Shown here: piece by piece, positions 9,611 through 19,628 of the stretch
How the letters are laid out: each line of letters starts with the position of its first letter
How positions within the stretch are numbered: the first letter of the stretch is position 1
Assembly: GCA_003557385.1 (NCBI GenBank)
Contig: PWON01000204.1
Span: 6,853-70,852, forward strand
DNA: 64,000 nt
Reading direction: 5' to 3'
Origin: Bacteroidales bacterium
GTDB lineage: Bacteria; Bacteroidota; Bacteroidia; Bacteroidales; UBA7960
Made by a program: the position numbers and the translations under genes
Notes under the pieces: model-generated
Seen by the model: the letters and a program-made list of their open reading frames with translations, nothing else
Told to the model about the DNA's origin: nothing
Databases searched by the model: none

Positions 9611-10855
9611 ATGGATATATTTACGAAAGTTACGGCCAAAATGGGGCCTATAGGACAATATGCCAGCCGGGCACACGGCTATTATACTTTTCCAAAACTC
9701 GAAGGCGAGATATCCAATCGCATGAAATTCCGAGGAAAAGAAAAACTTGTCTGGAGCCTGAATAACTACCTTGGCCTGGCAAACCACCCGGAAGTTCGCA
9801 AAGCAGACGCCGAAGCAGCCAGGGAATATGGCATGGCCTACCCGATGGGTGCCAGGATGATGTCGGGGCAAACCACGATGCATGAAAAACTGGAGAATGA
9901 ACTGGCCGCTTTTGTTGGTAAAGAATCCGCCTATTTGCTCAATTACGGATACCAGGGCATGGTGTCCATCATCGATGCCCTGCTCGACAGGCAGGATGTG
10001 GTGGGTTATGACTCAGAATCACATGCCTGCATCATTGATGGTCTGCGCATGCATCTTGGAAAACGGTTTGTGTATCCGCACAACAATATGGGAAACCTGA
10101 GGGTGCAACTGGAACGCGCCACCAAACTGGCCGGAAAAACCGGTGGTGGCATCCTGGTGATCACCGAAGGAGTTTTTGGCATGTCGGGCAATTTGGGCAA
10201 ACTGGATGAAATTGCGGCACTGAAAAAGAACTTCAACTTTCGCCTGCTTGTGGATGATGCACACGGAATTGGCATTATGGGGGAAACAGGAGCCGGTACA
10301 GGCGAGCACTTCGGGGTTCAGGACAAAGTGGATGTTTTCTTTGGCACTTTTGCTAAAGCGTTTGCATCCATTGGGGCTTTTGTGGCCGGACCAAAAGAGG
10401 TAATCACCTATCTGATGTACAATATGCGCAGCCAGATTTATGCCAAGTCATTGCCGATGCCCCTGGTTGTAGGCGGACTCAAGCGCCTTGAACTTATCAG
10501 AGAAAAGCCCGAACTGCGCGAAAAAGTATGGACCATTGCCCGGGCACTGCAAAACGGCCTGAAAGAAAGGGGCTTTAATATTGGGAGCACCCAATCGCCC
10601 GTAACTCCGGTTGTGCTGAGTGGCGATACTTACGAGGGCACCAACCTCACCCATGACCTCAGGGAAAATTTCAATATCTTCTGTTCCGTGGTGGGATACC
10701 CGGTGATACCGAAAGGGATGATCATACTGCGCCTGATTCCTACCGCCGTGCACACCCTCGAAGATGTCGAATACACCCTGGATGCATTTTCAAAGGTAAA
10801 AGACAAACTGGATAAAGGCTCGTATGCCACAGGCAAGATTGCAGATGTGTTATAA
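9611..10855 (+). CDS. PLP-dependent alpha-oxoamine synthase family enzyme (Kbl / BioF / serine palmitoyltransferase-like)
   Basis: Class-II aminotransferase fold: WSLNNYLGLANHPEV, DDAHGIG, and the GTFAKAF Lys motif. Substrate cannot be assigned from sequence alone. Confidence 0.85.
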   Translation: MDIFTKVTAKMGPIGQYASRAHGYYTFPKLEGEISNRMKFRGKEKLVWSLNNYLGLANHPEVRKADAEAAREYGMAYPMGARMMSGQTTMHEKLENELAAFVGKESAYLLNYGYQGMVSIIDALLDRQDVVGYDSESHACIIDGLRMHLGKRFVYPHNNMGNLRVQLERATKLAGKTGGGILVITEGVFGMSGNLGKLDEIAALKKNFNFRLLVDDAHGIGIMGETGAGTGEHFGVQDKVDVFFGTFAKAFASIGAFVAGPKEVITYLMYNMRSQIYAKSLPMPLVVGGLKRLELIREKPELREKVWTIARALQNGLKERGFNIGSTQSPVTPVVLSGDTYEGTNLTHDLRENFNIFCSVVGYPVIPKGMIILRLIPTAVHTLEDVEYTLDAFSKVKDKLDKGSYATGKIADVL

Positions 10856-11812
10856 AACGGCTTGCTGAACTGCAGGGGCATGGGCCAGTTTGTCTGCCAG
10901 GCTTTTGATCATGATCTTCTCTCCGACCCGAAAAGGCTTGATCTGGTTTGATATTCCATTGGTTGAATAACTCACCAAAACATGGCCCGCGTTTTTGTTG
11001 CCAACTTTTATGGGGGCTTTAAAACTCCATTCTGTCAAATGAAAGCCGTGTGAAGCAAACCGCTTGCCCTGAAATACGATTTCCACCCCTGCCTCTCCCC
11101 CGTATCGAAGGCCCTCAGGAATGATTTTCAGGGCGCGTCGAAAGATCTCATCCGTTGTTAGCTCCGAATTGGAGGTCATGTCCTGCATGGCAAACATGCA
11201 GTTTTGCTGTTTCACCTTTTGCACCAGCGAACCGGTATATTTGTGCATCTTATTTTCCAGCCTGATGTGGTCAGATATATCGGTCATCACCACAATGGCG
11301 GCACCATTAATGTCTTTAATTTCCTGGGGGTAACTGAAACTAAGGCTTGCCCAGAACATTTCATTGTCGCCCCGGATCAGGTGTAACTCATCGCGACATT
11401 TGCCCCCGGGGATTATTTTCCGGAGGATGCCTTCCAGGCAACTCGTTTCGGATGCCCCGACCGCAAAATCGGATAATTTCCGCCCAATCACCTGCTCATT
11501 GGATCGCTTCAGAATATCGCAGGCACACTGGTTGGCATACACAATTTCGTTGTCGGAATTGACAAGAAAAAGCCCCTCGTTCATGTGTTCAACCAGTTTG
11601 CTGAACCTTTCCTCATGGGCAAACATTGCCTTGGTGGTCTGATTGCTTTTTATGGCAAGTCGTCCGAGCAATTTATGGATCTTGCGTTTTGAACGCATTC
11701 GCGACTTCAGGTAAATGACAAATGTGGCAACCCACAGTACCAAAAACAATACCACCAGGGCCAACAGCACTTCGGTTGTGAACAGCCCTGTTAAAAAATA
11801 CAGTATAGTCAT
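10850..11812 (-). CDS. Membrane-anchored PAS-domain sensor protein with no recognisable output domain
   Basis: N-terminal TM helix, PAS-like segment (FLVNSDNEIVYANQCACDIL...), then about 130 aa with no recognisable domain. Confidence 0.6.
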   Translation of the reverse strand: MTILYFLTGLFTTEVLLALVVLFLVLWVATFVIYLKSRMRSKRKIHKLLGRLAIKSNQTTKAMFAHEERFSKLVEHMNEGLFLVNSDNEIVYANQCACDILKRSNEQVIGRKLSDFAVGASETSCLEGILRKIIPGGKCRDELHLIRGDNEMFWASLSFSYPQEIKDINGAAIVVMTDISDHIRLENKMHKYTGSLVQKVKQQNCMFAMQDMTSNSELTTDEIFRRALKIIPEGLRYGGEAGVEIVFQGKRFASHGFHLTEWSFKAPIKVGNKNAGHVLVSYSTNGISNQIKPFRVGEKIMIKSLADKLAHAPAVQQAVL

Positions 11813-11842
11813 AATTCATACAGGTCGTAAAAACAACTTGAA

Positions 11843-12775
11843 TTAATACAGTTTTGATCTTTTCAAAAGAAATGAGAGCAGTATGTTTTCGAAACCCCGA
11901 TTAATGTCTGAAGGTACAAAATCGATTTTATATTGCATGCACTTAAGTCGTAAATCGCGATAATACGTACCCATTTTCTGCACATAACTGTCTCTCAGAT
12001 CAGCCGGATTGAGTTTGACCGCGTCTCCTGTTTCCATATCGATAAAACGAAACGGCCGGCCCTGATAGTCAAAGGTAAGTTCTTTTTGCTTTTCAAACAC
12101 ATGAAACAGGACCACTTCATGTTTGTTGTGTTTCAGGTGCTGAAGGGCAGAAAACATATTTTCCGGATTCGCTTCATTGTCCATCATATCGGAAAAAATA
12201 ACCACCAGTGACCGTTTATGTATTTTTTCCGCCAGCAAATGCAGGATCTCAGCTGTATTGGTCTTTTTCTGAACTCCCTGGTTGTCTGACCTGTACAAAC
12301 GATCCAGCTGGCTGTACAACATTTTATGATGCACGCTGCTTGAGCGGGCCGTGGTATGCAGATCCATCCTATCGGAAACCACACTGAGGCCTACGGCATC
12401 TCTTTGTTTTCTTAACAGGTAAATAAGTGCTGCAGCACATTCAACGGAAAACTCCAGTTTGGAAGATTGACGGCCTGCAGGATCACGGCCTGAAAAATGC
12501 ATCGAGGATGAATTGTCAATGACGATCTGGCATCTCAGGTTGGTTTCCTCCTCAAAGCGCTTCACAAATAATTTTTCAGTACGCCCATAAAGTTTCCAAT
12601 CGATATGCCGGGTGCTTTCGCCGGGATTGTAAATCCTGTGCTCGGCAAACTCAACAGAAAACCCATGAAAAGGGCTTTTATGCATACCGGTAATGAAACC
12701 CTCAACCACCTGGCGGGCCAATAGTTCGAGCGTGCCAAAGCGCCCCGGGACCTCAGGATCAATTTTTTTAATCAA
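11843..12775 (-). CDS. DUF58 (vWA-like) domain protein
   Basis: Typical DUF58 motif SPFHGFSVEFAEHRIYNPGESTRHIDWKLYGRTEKLFVKRFEEE. The start is uncertain. The ORF runs up to 12853 but overlaps trxA, so I place it at the TTG at 12775. Confidence 0.7.
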   Translation of the reverse strand: MIKKIDPEVPGRFGTLELLARQVVEGFITGMHKSPFHGFSVEFAEHRIYNPGESTRHIDWKLYGRTEKLFVKRFEEETNLRCQIVIDNSSSMHFSGRDPAGRQSSKLEFSVECAAALIYLLRKQRDAVGLSVVSDRMDLHTTARSSSVHHKMLYSQLDRLYRSDNQGVQKKTNTAEILHLLAEKIHKRSLVVIFSDMMDNEANPENMFSALQHLKHNKHEVVLFHVFEKQKELTFDYQGRPFRFIDMETGDAVKLNPADLRDSYVQKMGTYYRDLRLKCMQYKIDFVPSDINRGFENILLSFLLKRSKLY

Positions 12776-12803
12776 AAACAGAAGATTTAAATGTCTTATA
12801 TGA

Positions 12804-13121
12804 TTACAAGAGACTTTCGAGTTTTCCCGCCAGGACAGATTTGGGTACAGCACCTACCTGTTTGTCAGCCACCTCCCCGTCCTTAAAGAACAAAATGGTC
12901 GGAATATTCCTGATCCCATACTTCATAGACACGTCGGGGTTGCTGTCCACGTCGAGCTTGCCAACGATCGCCTTGTCTTTATACTCTTCGGCTAACTCGG
13001 AAACAATGGGGCCAACCATCCGGCAGGGACCACACCATTCCGCCCAGAAGTCAACCAGAACGGGCTTGTCTGCTTTTACAACGAGCTCTTCAAAATTGGC
13101 ATCGGTAAATTCATGTGTCAT
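12804..13121 (-). CDS. trxA: Thioredoxin
   Basis: 105 aa with the WCGPC active site. Confidence 0.95.
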   Translation of the reverse strand: MTHEFTDANFEELVVKADKPVLVDFWAEWCGPCRMVGPIVSELAEEYKDKAIVGKLDVDSNPDVSMKYGIRNIPTILFFKDGEVADKQVGAVPKSVLAGKLESLL

Positions 13122-13191
13122 AATGCAAAATATGTTTTGTCAATGATGCAAATATATTCTTTATGCCGTTAATAAATGCTATAAACCGGCA

Positions 13192-16100
13192 CTAATTTAA
13201 ACGGTAACTGATCTCATAATGTTTTAACATCTCTTTTAAAAATCCGACCGGTTCCACTTTGACCGTGCGCGAGATCATCTCTATGGAATAGTTTTCGACC
13301 GGATCCATGAGCAAAACCTTCAGGCGCGATTTTCCACGGTGTTTTTCAGCAGTCCGTTTCATACGGTCCACAAGGTCTTTGTTGACATCGGCTACAGGCA
13401 ACTGCAGTACCAGGTCAGATTCATCCCTTTCTACCAGGTCGCCCAGCAAATTCATGGACTTTACCCTGATGTCGAGCTGGGATGGGTCTTTCCTGTTGAC
13501 ATGTACCCTGGCCTTGACCAGTACTGTGTTTTGTACCTCCATAAAATGTTTTACCTTGAGATAATCCTCCGCAAACACGTAAAGCGCATAGGAATCGGTA
13601 TAATCTTCAACCTGAATGACCCCGTATGGATTGCCGTTGCGGGTGTGTTTATGTGCCACATCTGTAATGATGCCGGCAAAAATGATTTCCTTGTTTTTTA
13701 GGCTGTGCGGGTTTTTAAGGTCGCCTACACCATGGTTGCAAAAACTTTTGATATGGATTTTGAAGTTATCGAGCGGATGACCTGATATATACATGCCCGT
13801 AACCTCTTTTTCCTGCCTTAATACTTCGAGTGTTGACCAGGGGGCACATTCCGGGAGTTCAGGGTCGGGAAAATAAACCTCATTGGTTTCTTCAAAAAGG
13901 TTCATCTGGGAGGTATTTTCCCGCATCAGAATATTGTGTGTGTGCCTGATGATCTTGTCAATAAAAATACTGGCGCCGTTGTCTTCCGAAAAAAAGAACT
14001 GGGCCCTGTGCGAACCATCAAAACAGTCGAATGCACCTGCCCTGGCCAGGGCTTCAAAAACACGTTTGTTGACATTACGCAGGTTTACACGTTTGGCAAA
14101 GTCAAATATGTTTTTGTAGGGGCCGTTGGCATCACGTTCCATGACAATATTTTCCACAGCCCCTTCGCCAACCCCTTTAATCGCCCCAAGGCCAAAACGG
14201 ATTTCCCCTTTGTCATTAACAACAAAGTTAAAGGTACTTTCATTGATATCCGGGCCAAGTACGGGGATTTGCTGGCGCTGACACTCTTCCATGATAAAGG
14301 TGATCTTTTTTATATCACTGAAATTGTGTGTTAATACAGCCGCCATGTATTCCGCCGTATAATTTGCCTTTAAATATGCGGTGCGATAGGCTACAACGGA
14401 ATATGCCGCAGAGTGTGAACGGTTAAACCCGTACTCGGCAAAGCGGGCCATAATCTCAAAAATTTTCTCCGCATTGCCCCTCTCTATGCCTTTGTTCAGT
14501 GCGCCATCAATGAAAAATGCCTTCTGGCGTTCCATCTCGTCCTTTTTCTTCTTGCCCATGGCCCTGCGCAAAATGTCCGCATTGGCCAAAGAAAAACCTG
14601 CCATGATTTGTGCCGCTTGCATGATCTGTTCCTGATAAACCATGATGCCGAAGGTGGTCTTGAGAATGTCTTCCAGCCAGGGATGTGGATAATCTACCTT
14701 TTGCCGGCCATGTTTTCGCTTGATATACAATGGGATAAAATCCATCGGACCAGGCCGGTACAGTGCGTTCATGGCAATCAGGTCTTCAATGTTGGTAGGC
14801 TTTAGTTCTTTGAGGTATTCCCGCATGCCTTGCGATTCAAACTGAAAAGTACCGATGGTATCGCCACGCTGATATAATGTATAGGTTTCTTCATCATCCA
14901 GCGGGATGTTCTCAATGTCTATTTTGCTGCCGTAACGTTTTTCAACGTTTTTTATGGCTTCTTTTATGATCGACAGGGTTTTAAGGCCTAAAAAGTCCAT
15001 TTTAAGCATCCCCACCGATTCTACCAGTTTTCCTTCATACTGCGTAACTGGCAGGTCGGTATCTTTCTGGGTACTTAACGGAAGGCAGTCCACCAGGTCG
15101 GACGGGCCAATGATCACCCCACAGGCATGTACCCCGGTTTGACGGATGGAGCCTTCAAGGCTTTGGGCATACTGAAGGGTTTCCTGAACCAGCGGAGGGG
15201 CTTCTTTGAGTGCCTTGGCCAGTTCGGGCACTTCTTTATAAGCTTTCTTTAATGTTGTGCCCGGCCTTTCGGGGACCAGCTTGGCCAGACGATCAGCTTC
15301 CGTCAGCGGCAACCTCAACACGCGGGCCACATCCCGGATTGATGAACGCGCAGCCATGGTGCCGAATGTAACGATCTGAGCCACCTTGTCACGGCCATAT
15401 TTATCAATTACATACTGCAGGACCCTGTCACGGCCTTCGTCGTCAAAATCGATGTCAATGTCCGGCATGGATATCCTTTCGGGATTCAGAAATCGCTCAA
15501 AGAGCAGGTTGTACCTGATCGGGTCAATGGAGGTAATGCCCGTGCAATAAGCCACCGCAGAACCCGCGGAGCTTCCCCTGCCAGGCCCCACGGCCACGTC
15601 CATTTCCCTTGCCTTGTTTATAAAATCCTGAACAATCAGGAAATAGCCGGCATATCCCATTTCCCTGATGACCTGTAATTCATAATCAAGTCGCTCCCTC
15701 ATAGTATCGGTAATTTCAGGGTACAGTTTATTTGCCCCTTCGTAAGCCAGGTAACGTAAATACGCATCTTCATTGTCATAACCCCCAGGCATTGGAAATC
15801 CGGGCAACATGATCTGCCGGGTGGTGATGTCATAGTCTTCCACCTTGCCGGCAATCTCCATGGTACCGGCCAGTGCTTCCGGAACATCAGAAAACAGCGT
15901 TTCCATTTCCCCGGGGCTTTTCAGGTATTCCTGCCCGGTATATTTCATGCGCGTGTCATCATCCAGGTCGCGTCCGGTTTGCAGGCATACAAGGATATCG
16001 TGGGCCCTGGCATCCGATTCATTGATGAAGTGACAGTCGTTGGTGGCGATCAGAGGCACTTTGTGCTTTTTCGAAAATTGCTGCAGTACCTTATTGACTA

Positions 16101-16656
16101 ATTCCTGTTCTTCCAGGCCATGTCTTTGCAGTTCAAGGTAAAAGTCATCCCCAAACACATCAAGGTATTCAAGCAAAACCTTTTCTGCGGCCTCTTCCCC
16201 TTTGCCAAGAATGGTCTGCGGAATTTCACCGCCGATACAGGCAGAGGTAACAATCAGGCCTTCGTGGTAACGAAACAACAATTCCTTATCGATGCGTGCC
16301 GTATAGTAAAAGCCTTCCAGATAACCAAGGGAACAAAGTCTTGACAGGTTTTTATAACCCTGCATATTCTTGGCCAGCAAAATGAGGTGATAACCACTCC
16401 GGTCTTCCTTGCCCCTTTTTTCGAGCCGGTTTCCCCCGGCAACATACATTTCGCAACCAATGATGGGTTTGATGCGATGTTTGCGGGCCAATTCGGTAAA
16501 TTCCAGTACCCCATACATATTGCCATGGTCTGTGATAGCCAGTGCTTTCATACCATCTTTGGACGCTTTTTTCAACAACTGATCAATGGCGGCGGCACCA
16601 TCAAGGATGGAGTATTGTGTATGTACGTGTAAATGAGTGAATTCTGTTTCGGGCAT
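13192..16656 (-). CDS. dnaE: DNA polymerase III alpha subunit
   Basis: PHP domain (HLHVHTQYSILDG), polymerase core, OB fold. 1154 aa. Confidence 0.97.
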   Translation of the reverse strand: MPETEFTHLHVHTQYSILDGAAAIDQLLKKASKDGMKALAITDHGNMYGVLEFTELARKHRIKPIIGCEMYVAGGNRLEKRGKEDRSGYHLILLAKNMQGYKNLSRLCSLGYLEGFYYTARIDKELLFRYHEGLIVTSACIGGEIPQTILGKGEEAAEKVLLEYLDVFGDDFYLELQRHGLEEQELVNKVLQQFSKKHKVPLIATNDCHFINESDARAHDILVCLQTGRDLDDDTRMKYTGQEYLKSPGEMETLFSDVPEALAGTMEIAGKVEDYDITTRQIMLPGFPMPGGYDNEDAYLRYLAYEGANKLYPEITDTMRERLDYELQVIREMGYAGYFLIVQDFINKAREMDVAVGPGRGSSAGSAVAYCTGITSIDPIRYNLLFERFLNPERISMPDIDIDFDDEGRDRVLQYVIDKYGRDKVAQIVTFGTMAARSSIRDVARVLRLPLTEADRLAKLVPERPGTTLKKAYKEVPELAKALKEAPPLVQETLQYAQSLEGSIRQTGVHACGVIIGPSDLVDCLPLSTQKDTDLPVTQYEGKLVESVGMLKMDFLGLKTLSIIKEAIKNVEKRYGSKIDIENIPLDDEETYTLYQRGDTIGTFQFESQGMREYLKELKPTNIEDLIAMNALYRPGPMDFIPLYIKRKHGRQKVDYPHPWLEDILKTTFGIMVYQEQIMQAAQIMAGFSLANADILRRAMGKKKKDEMERQKAFFIDGALNKGIERGNAEKIFEIMARFAEYGFNRSHSAAYSVVAYRTAYLKANYTAEYMAAVLTHNFSDIKKITFIMEECQRQQIPVLGPDINESTFNFVVNDKGEIRFGLGAIKGVGEGAVENIVMERDANGPYKNIFDFAKRVNLRNVNKRVFEALARAGAFDCFDGSHRAQFFFSEDNGASIFIDKIIRHTHNILMRENTSQMNLFEETNEVYFPDPELPECAPWSTLEVLRQEKEVTGMYISGHPLDNFKIHIKSFCNHGVGDLKNPHSLKNKEIIFAGIITDVAHKHTRNGNPYGVIQVEDYTDSYALYVFAEDYLKVKHFMEVQNTVLVKARVHVNRKDPSQLDIRVKSMNLLGDLVERDESDLVLQLPVADVNKDLVDRMKRTAEKHRGKSRLKVLLMDPVENYSIEMISRTVKVEPVGFLKEMLKHYEISYRLN

Positions 16657-16806
16657 CTGAAATGATTTAAACCTTTAAAATTATACAAAATCGGGGGGAA
16701 TTGCAGGGAGTTTTTTCGTAAAGATCATTTTTTTATTCGAAAAAAAAAGTCGATATTTGCACCCTTGTTAAAACACCTGATTTATTTATCATTAAAAACT
16801 ATTTCA

Positions 16807-17634
16807 ATGCCAACAAAGATCAGACTACAGAGAAAGGGTAAAAAGGGACAGCCCTTTTACCACCTGGTAGTTGCGGATGGTCGTGCACCCCGAGACGGAA
16901 AATTTATTGAGAGACTTGGCACTTATAACCCCCTGACCCACCCGGCTACCATTGAAATTAATTTTGACAGGTCGCTATACTGGATTCAGGTTGGGGCACA
17001 ACCCACTGACACTGCACGCAGTATACTTTCCAGCAAAGGCGTAATGCTCAAGCACCACTTACTGAAAGGCGTAAAAAAAGGTGCACTGACAGAAGAACAG
17101 GTTGAAGAAAAATTCCAGGAATGGCTGAAAGAAAAACAGGAAAAGCTGGAAAAAACCCGCAAAGATGCCGAACTGGCCGATAAAGACAAAAGCAAAAAAC
17201 AACTTGAGGCCGAACGGAAAATCAACGAAACCAGGGCCGCTGAAATTTCAAAAAAACGTGCCCAGGAAACCCTCAAGGTAGCAGCGGAAGCAGAAGCCCC
17301 GAAGGATGAAGCCGGAACCAAAGAAGAAGCAAAGGAAGTAACAAAGGAAGAACCGCCCAAGGCAGAGGATAAGGCCGAAGCAGCACCGGCAAAGGAGGAA
17401 AAACCTGCTAAAGAGGAAGAGGCCAAGAAAGAAGAGCCCAAGGCAGAAGAAAAAGCCGAAACAGAGCCGGCAAAGGAGGAAAAACCTGCTAAAGAGGAAG
17501 AGGTCAAGAAAGAAGAGCAGCCCAAGGCAGAAGAAAAAGCCGAAACAGAGCCGGCAAAGGAGGAAAAACCTGCTAAAGAGAAAGAGGCCAAAAAAGAAGA
17601 CAAACCTGAAAAGGAAGATCCCAAGGGTGAATAA
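16807..17634 (+). CDS. rpsP: 30S ribosomal protein S16 with a long K/E/A/P-rich C-terminal extension
   Basis: N-terminus [42 protein letters not shown] is canonical S16. It is followed by a low-complexity tail of about 160 aa. Confidence 0.9.
   Translation: MPTKIRLQRKGKKGQPFYHLVVADGRAPRDGKFIERLGTYNPLTHPATIEINFDRSLYWIQVGAQPTDTARSILSSKGVMLKHHLLKGVKKGALTEEQVEEKFQEWLKEKQEKLEKTRKDAELADKDKSKKQLEAERKINETRAAEISKKRAQETLKVAAEAEAPKDEAGTKEEAKEVTKEEPPKAEDKAEAAPAKEEKPAKEEEAKKEEPKAEEKAETEPAKEEKPAKEEEVKKEEQPKAEEKAETEPAKEEKPAKEKEAKKEDKPEKEDPKGE
17356..17607 (+). repeat. Tandem 81-84-bp coding repeat (about 3 copies) inside the rpsP tail
   Basis: Copies start at 17356, 17437 and 17521. Each encodes PKAE(D/E)[15 protein letters not shown](A/V)KKEE. 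Confidence 0.85.
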
Positions 17635-17657
17635 TCCCTTCGAACAAACCCGCCAGG

Positions 17658-18185
17658 ATGAGAACAGAAGATTGTTATTATCTGGGTTACATCGTAAAGA
17701 CGGTAGGGGTAGACGGATCCCTAATTGCTTCTTTTGAAGCAGATGACATACAAAACTACAAAGACCTGGAATCAGTTTTCATTCAGATTGAAGGAAAGCT
17801 GGTTCCTTTTTTTATAGAAGAACTTCGTGCCCGCTCCCCTAAAAACGAAGTGCTTATAAGATTTGAAGATATCGACAGCATAGAAAAAGCCCGTGACCTA
17901 TGCGGCCACGACATGTACCTTCCCCACGATCAAGCCACAGGATCCGGGCGTGAAGCATTTCATTACCATGACCTGAGAGATTATAAAGCATACAACAGTC
18001 AGGGAATTCACCTGGGCAATATTTCAAAGATCCTCGATTATCCCGGAAATCCTGTATTTTTAATCCACAAGGACACCAGGGAGATCATGATTCCGGTCAA
18101 CAATGATTTTATCCTGAATATCGACCACGATAAACGGCGAATCGACTTCAATCCTCCGGACGGGCTTCTGGACCTTTATATGTAA
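17658..18185 (+). CDS. rimM: 16S rRNA processing protein RimM
   Basis: Lies directly downstream of rpsP. RimM/PRC-barrel-like sequence, 175 aa. Confidence 0.88.
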   Translation: MRTEDCYYLGYIVKTVGVDGSLIASFEADDIQNYKDLESVFIQIEGKLVPFFIEELRARSPKNEVLIRFEDIDSIEKARDLCGHDMYLPHDQATGSGREAFHYHDLRDYKAYNSQGIHLGNISKILDYPGNPVFLIHKDTREIMIPVNNDFILNIDHDKRRIDFNPPDGLLDLYM

Positions 18186-18204
18186 GACCTGAATACCTGT
18201 ATCA

Positions 18205-19419
18205 TTAAACCTTTAAGGTTTCCCCTTCTGTTTTGGCGATGGTCACCGCCCCGCAAGTATCACTCCATATATTTACCGAAGTCCTGAACATATCCAGGAT
18301 ACGTTCCACAGCCAGGATGAGCCCAATTCCTTCAAGCGGCATGCCAAGCACAGAGAGAATGATCGTAATGACCACAAGCCCCGCCATGGGTACTCCAGCA
18401 GCACCGATGGATGCAAGCAATGCAGTAAACACCACAATAAACTGCTGCAACAGGGTCAGTTCAATGCCATAGGCCTGGGCAATAAAGAGAACCGACACAC
18501 ACTCATACAAGGCAGTGCCGCACATGTTGACTGTAGCACCGATGGGCAATACAAAACTGGTCACCTTTTTCGACACACCACTGTTTTGTTCCACGGCTTC
18601 CATGGCCAGTGGCAGTGTGGCACTGCTGCTGCTGGTGGTAAAAGCTGTCAGCAATGGTACGGTCATGGCCCTGAAATGTTTGCGTGGATTGGCTTTGCCA
18701 ATAATCCGTACAATGGCAGGAAGTACCACAAAGGCATGGATAGACAGGGCAATGATCACTGTGAGCATATACATGCCCATGCGGCTGAAAACATTCACCA
18801 AATCGTGTGCCTGGTCGGCCACAATCCCTGATACGATCCCAAATACCCCCAGGGGTGCAAAACGGATTACAAACATGGTAATACGCATCATCACCTCAAA
18901 TACCGCATTAAATCCCTTGTCAAGTGCATCCCGGTATCGGGAACCCACCCGGGTGGCAAAAAATCCAAACAAGATGGCAAAAAATATGATAGAAAGCATA
19001 TCGGTCTCAGCCAATGCCTGGAAAATATTCGTAGGGACAATGTTCATCAGCGTATCCGCAAAATTTGAAGCACCGGCTTCAAGCACCACCCCTTCTTCTG
19101 TGAGCCCAAGATCTGCACCCACACCAGGGCGCATGATGTTTACAACAAACAAACCCACAATGGAGGCCACCAGGCTTGTAGCGGCATAGTACCCGAACGT
19201 TTTGGCACTCATCCTTCCCAGATTCTGGGCGCTGCCCAGGCCAAGTACGCCGGCCACAATGGAAGAAAAGATCAACGGGGCAATGATCATCTGCAGGGCC
19301 CTGAGAAACACGTTGCCCATCCAGGTCACATAAGATACATAATCCGAAAAATAATACCCATAAACAACGCTTAGGACCAGTGCGATGAGTATTTGCCAGT
19401 GCAGTTTGATTTTTTTCAT
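18205..19419 (-). CDS. Dicarboxylate/amino acid:cation symporter (DAACS family)
   Basis: Family motifs SSSATLP and GATVNMCGTALYE. Multi-TM. ATG chosen at 19419. Confidence 0.9.
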   Translation of the reverse strand: MKKIKLHWQILIALVLSVVYGYYFSDYVSYVTWMGNVFLRALQMIIAPLIFSSIVAGVLGLGSAQNLGRMSAKTFGYYAATSLVASIVGLFVVNIMRPGVGADLGLTEEGVVLEAGASNFADTLMNIVPTNIFQALAETDMLSIIFFAILFGFFATRVGSRYRDALDKGFNAVFEVMMRITMFVIRFAPLGVFGIVSGIVADQAHDLVNVFSRMGMYMLTVIIALSIHAFVVLPAIVRIIGKANPRKHFRAMTVPLLTAFTTSSSSATLPLAMEAVEQNSGVSKKVTSFVLPIGATVNMCGTALYECVSVLFIAQAYGIELTLLQQFIVVFTALLASIGAAGVPMAGLVVITIILSVLGMPLEGIGLILAVERILDMFRTSVNIWSDTCGAVTIAKTEGETLKV

Positions 19420-19628
19420 GGACAAAAGGGATAATGTTTGGTTTGCATACAAATTGAACGGGCAATATTACAAAAACAAATGAAATTATGCTAATGCAGG
19501 ACTGTCATTTGCGGTTCCTGATTCATGCCATTTTGTCCGAAAGACAGGGCCGCACTTCAAATGGTGTGTAATTTGCTGCTACTGGTAATAAAATCAAATC
19601 ATTACGTTCATAAAAAGGAAAAAAATAC

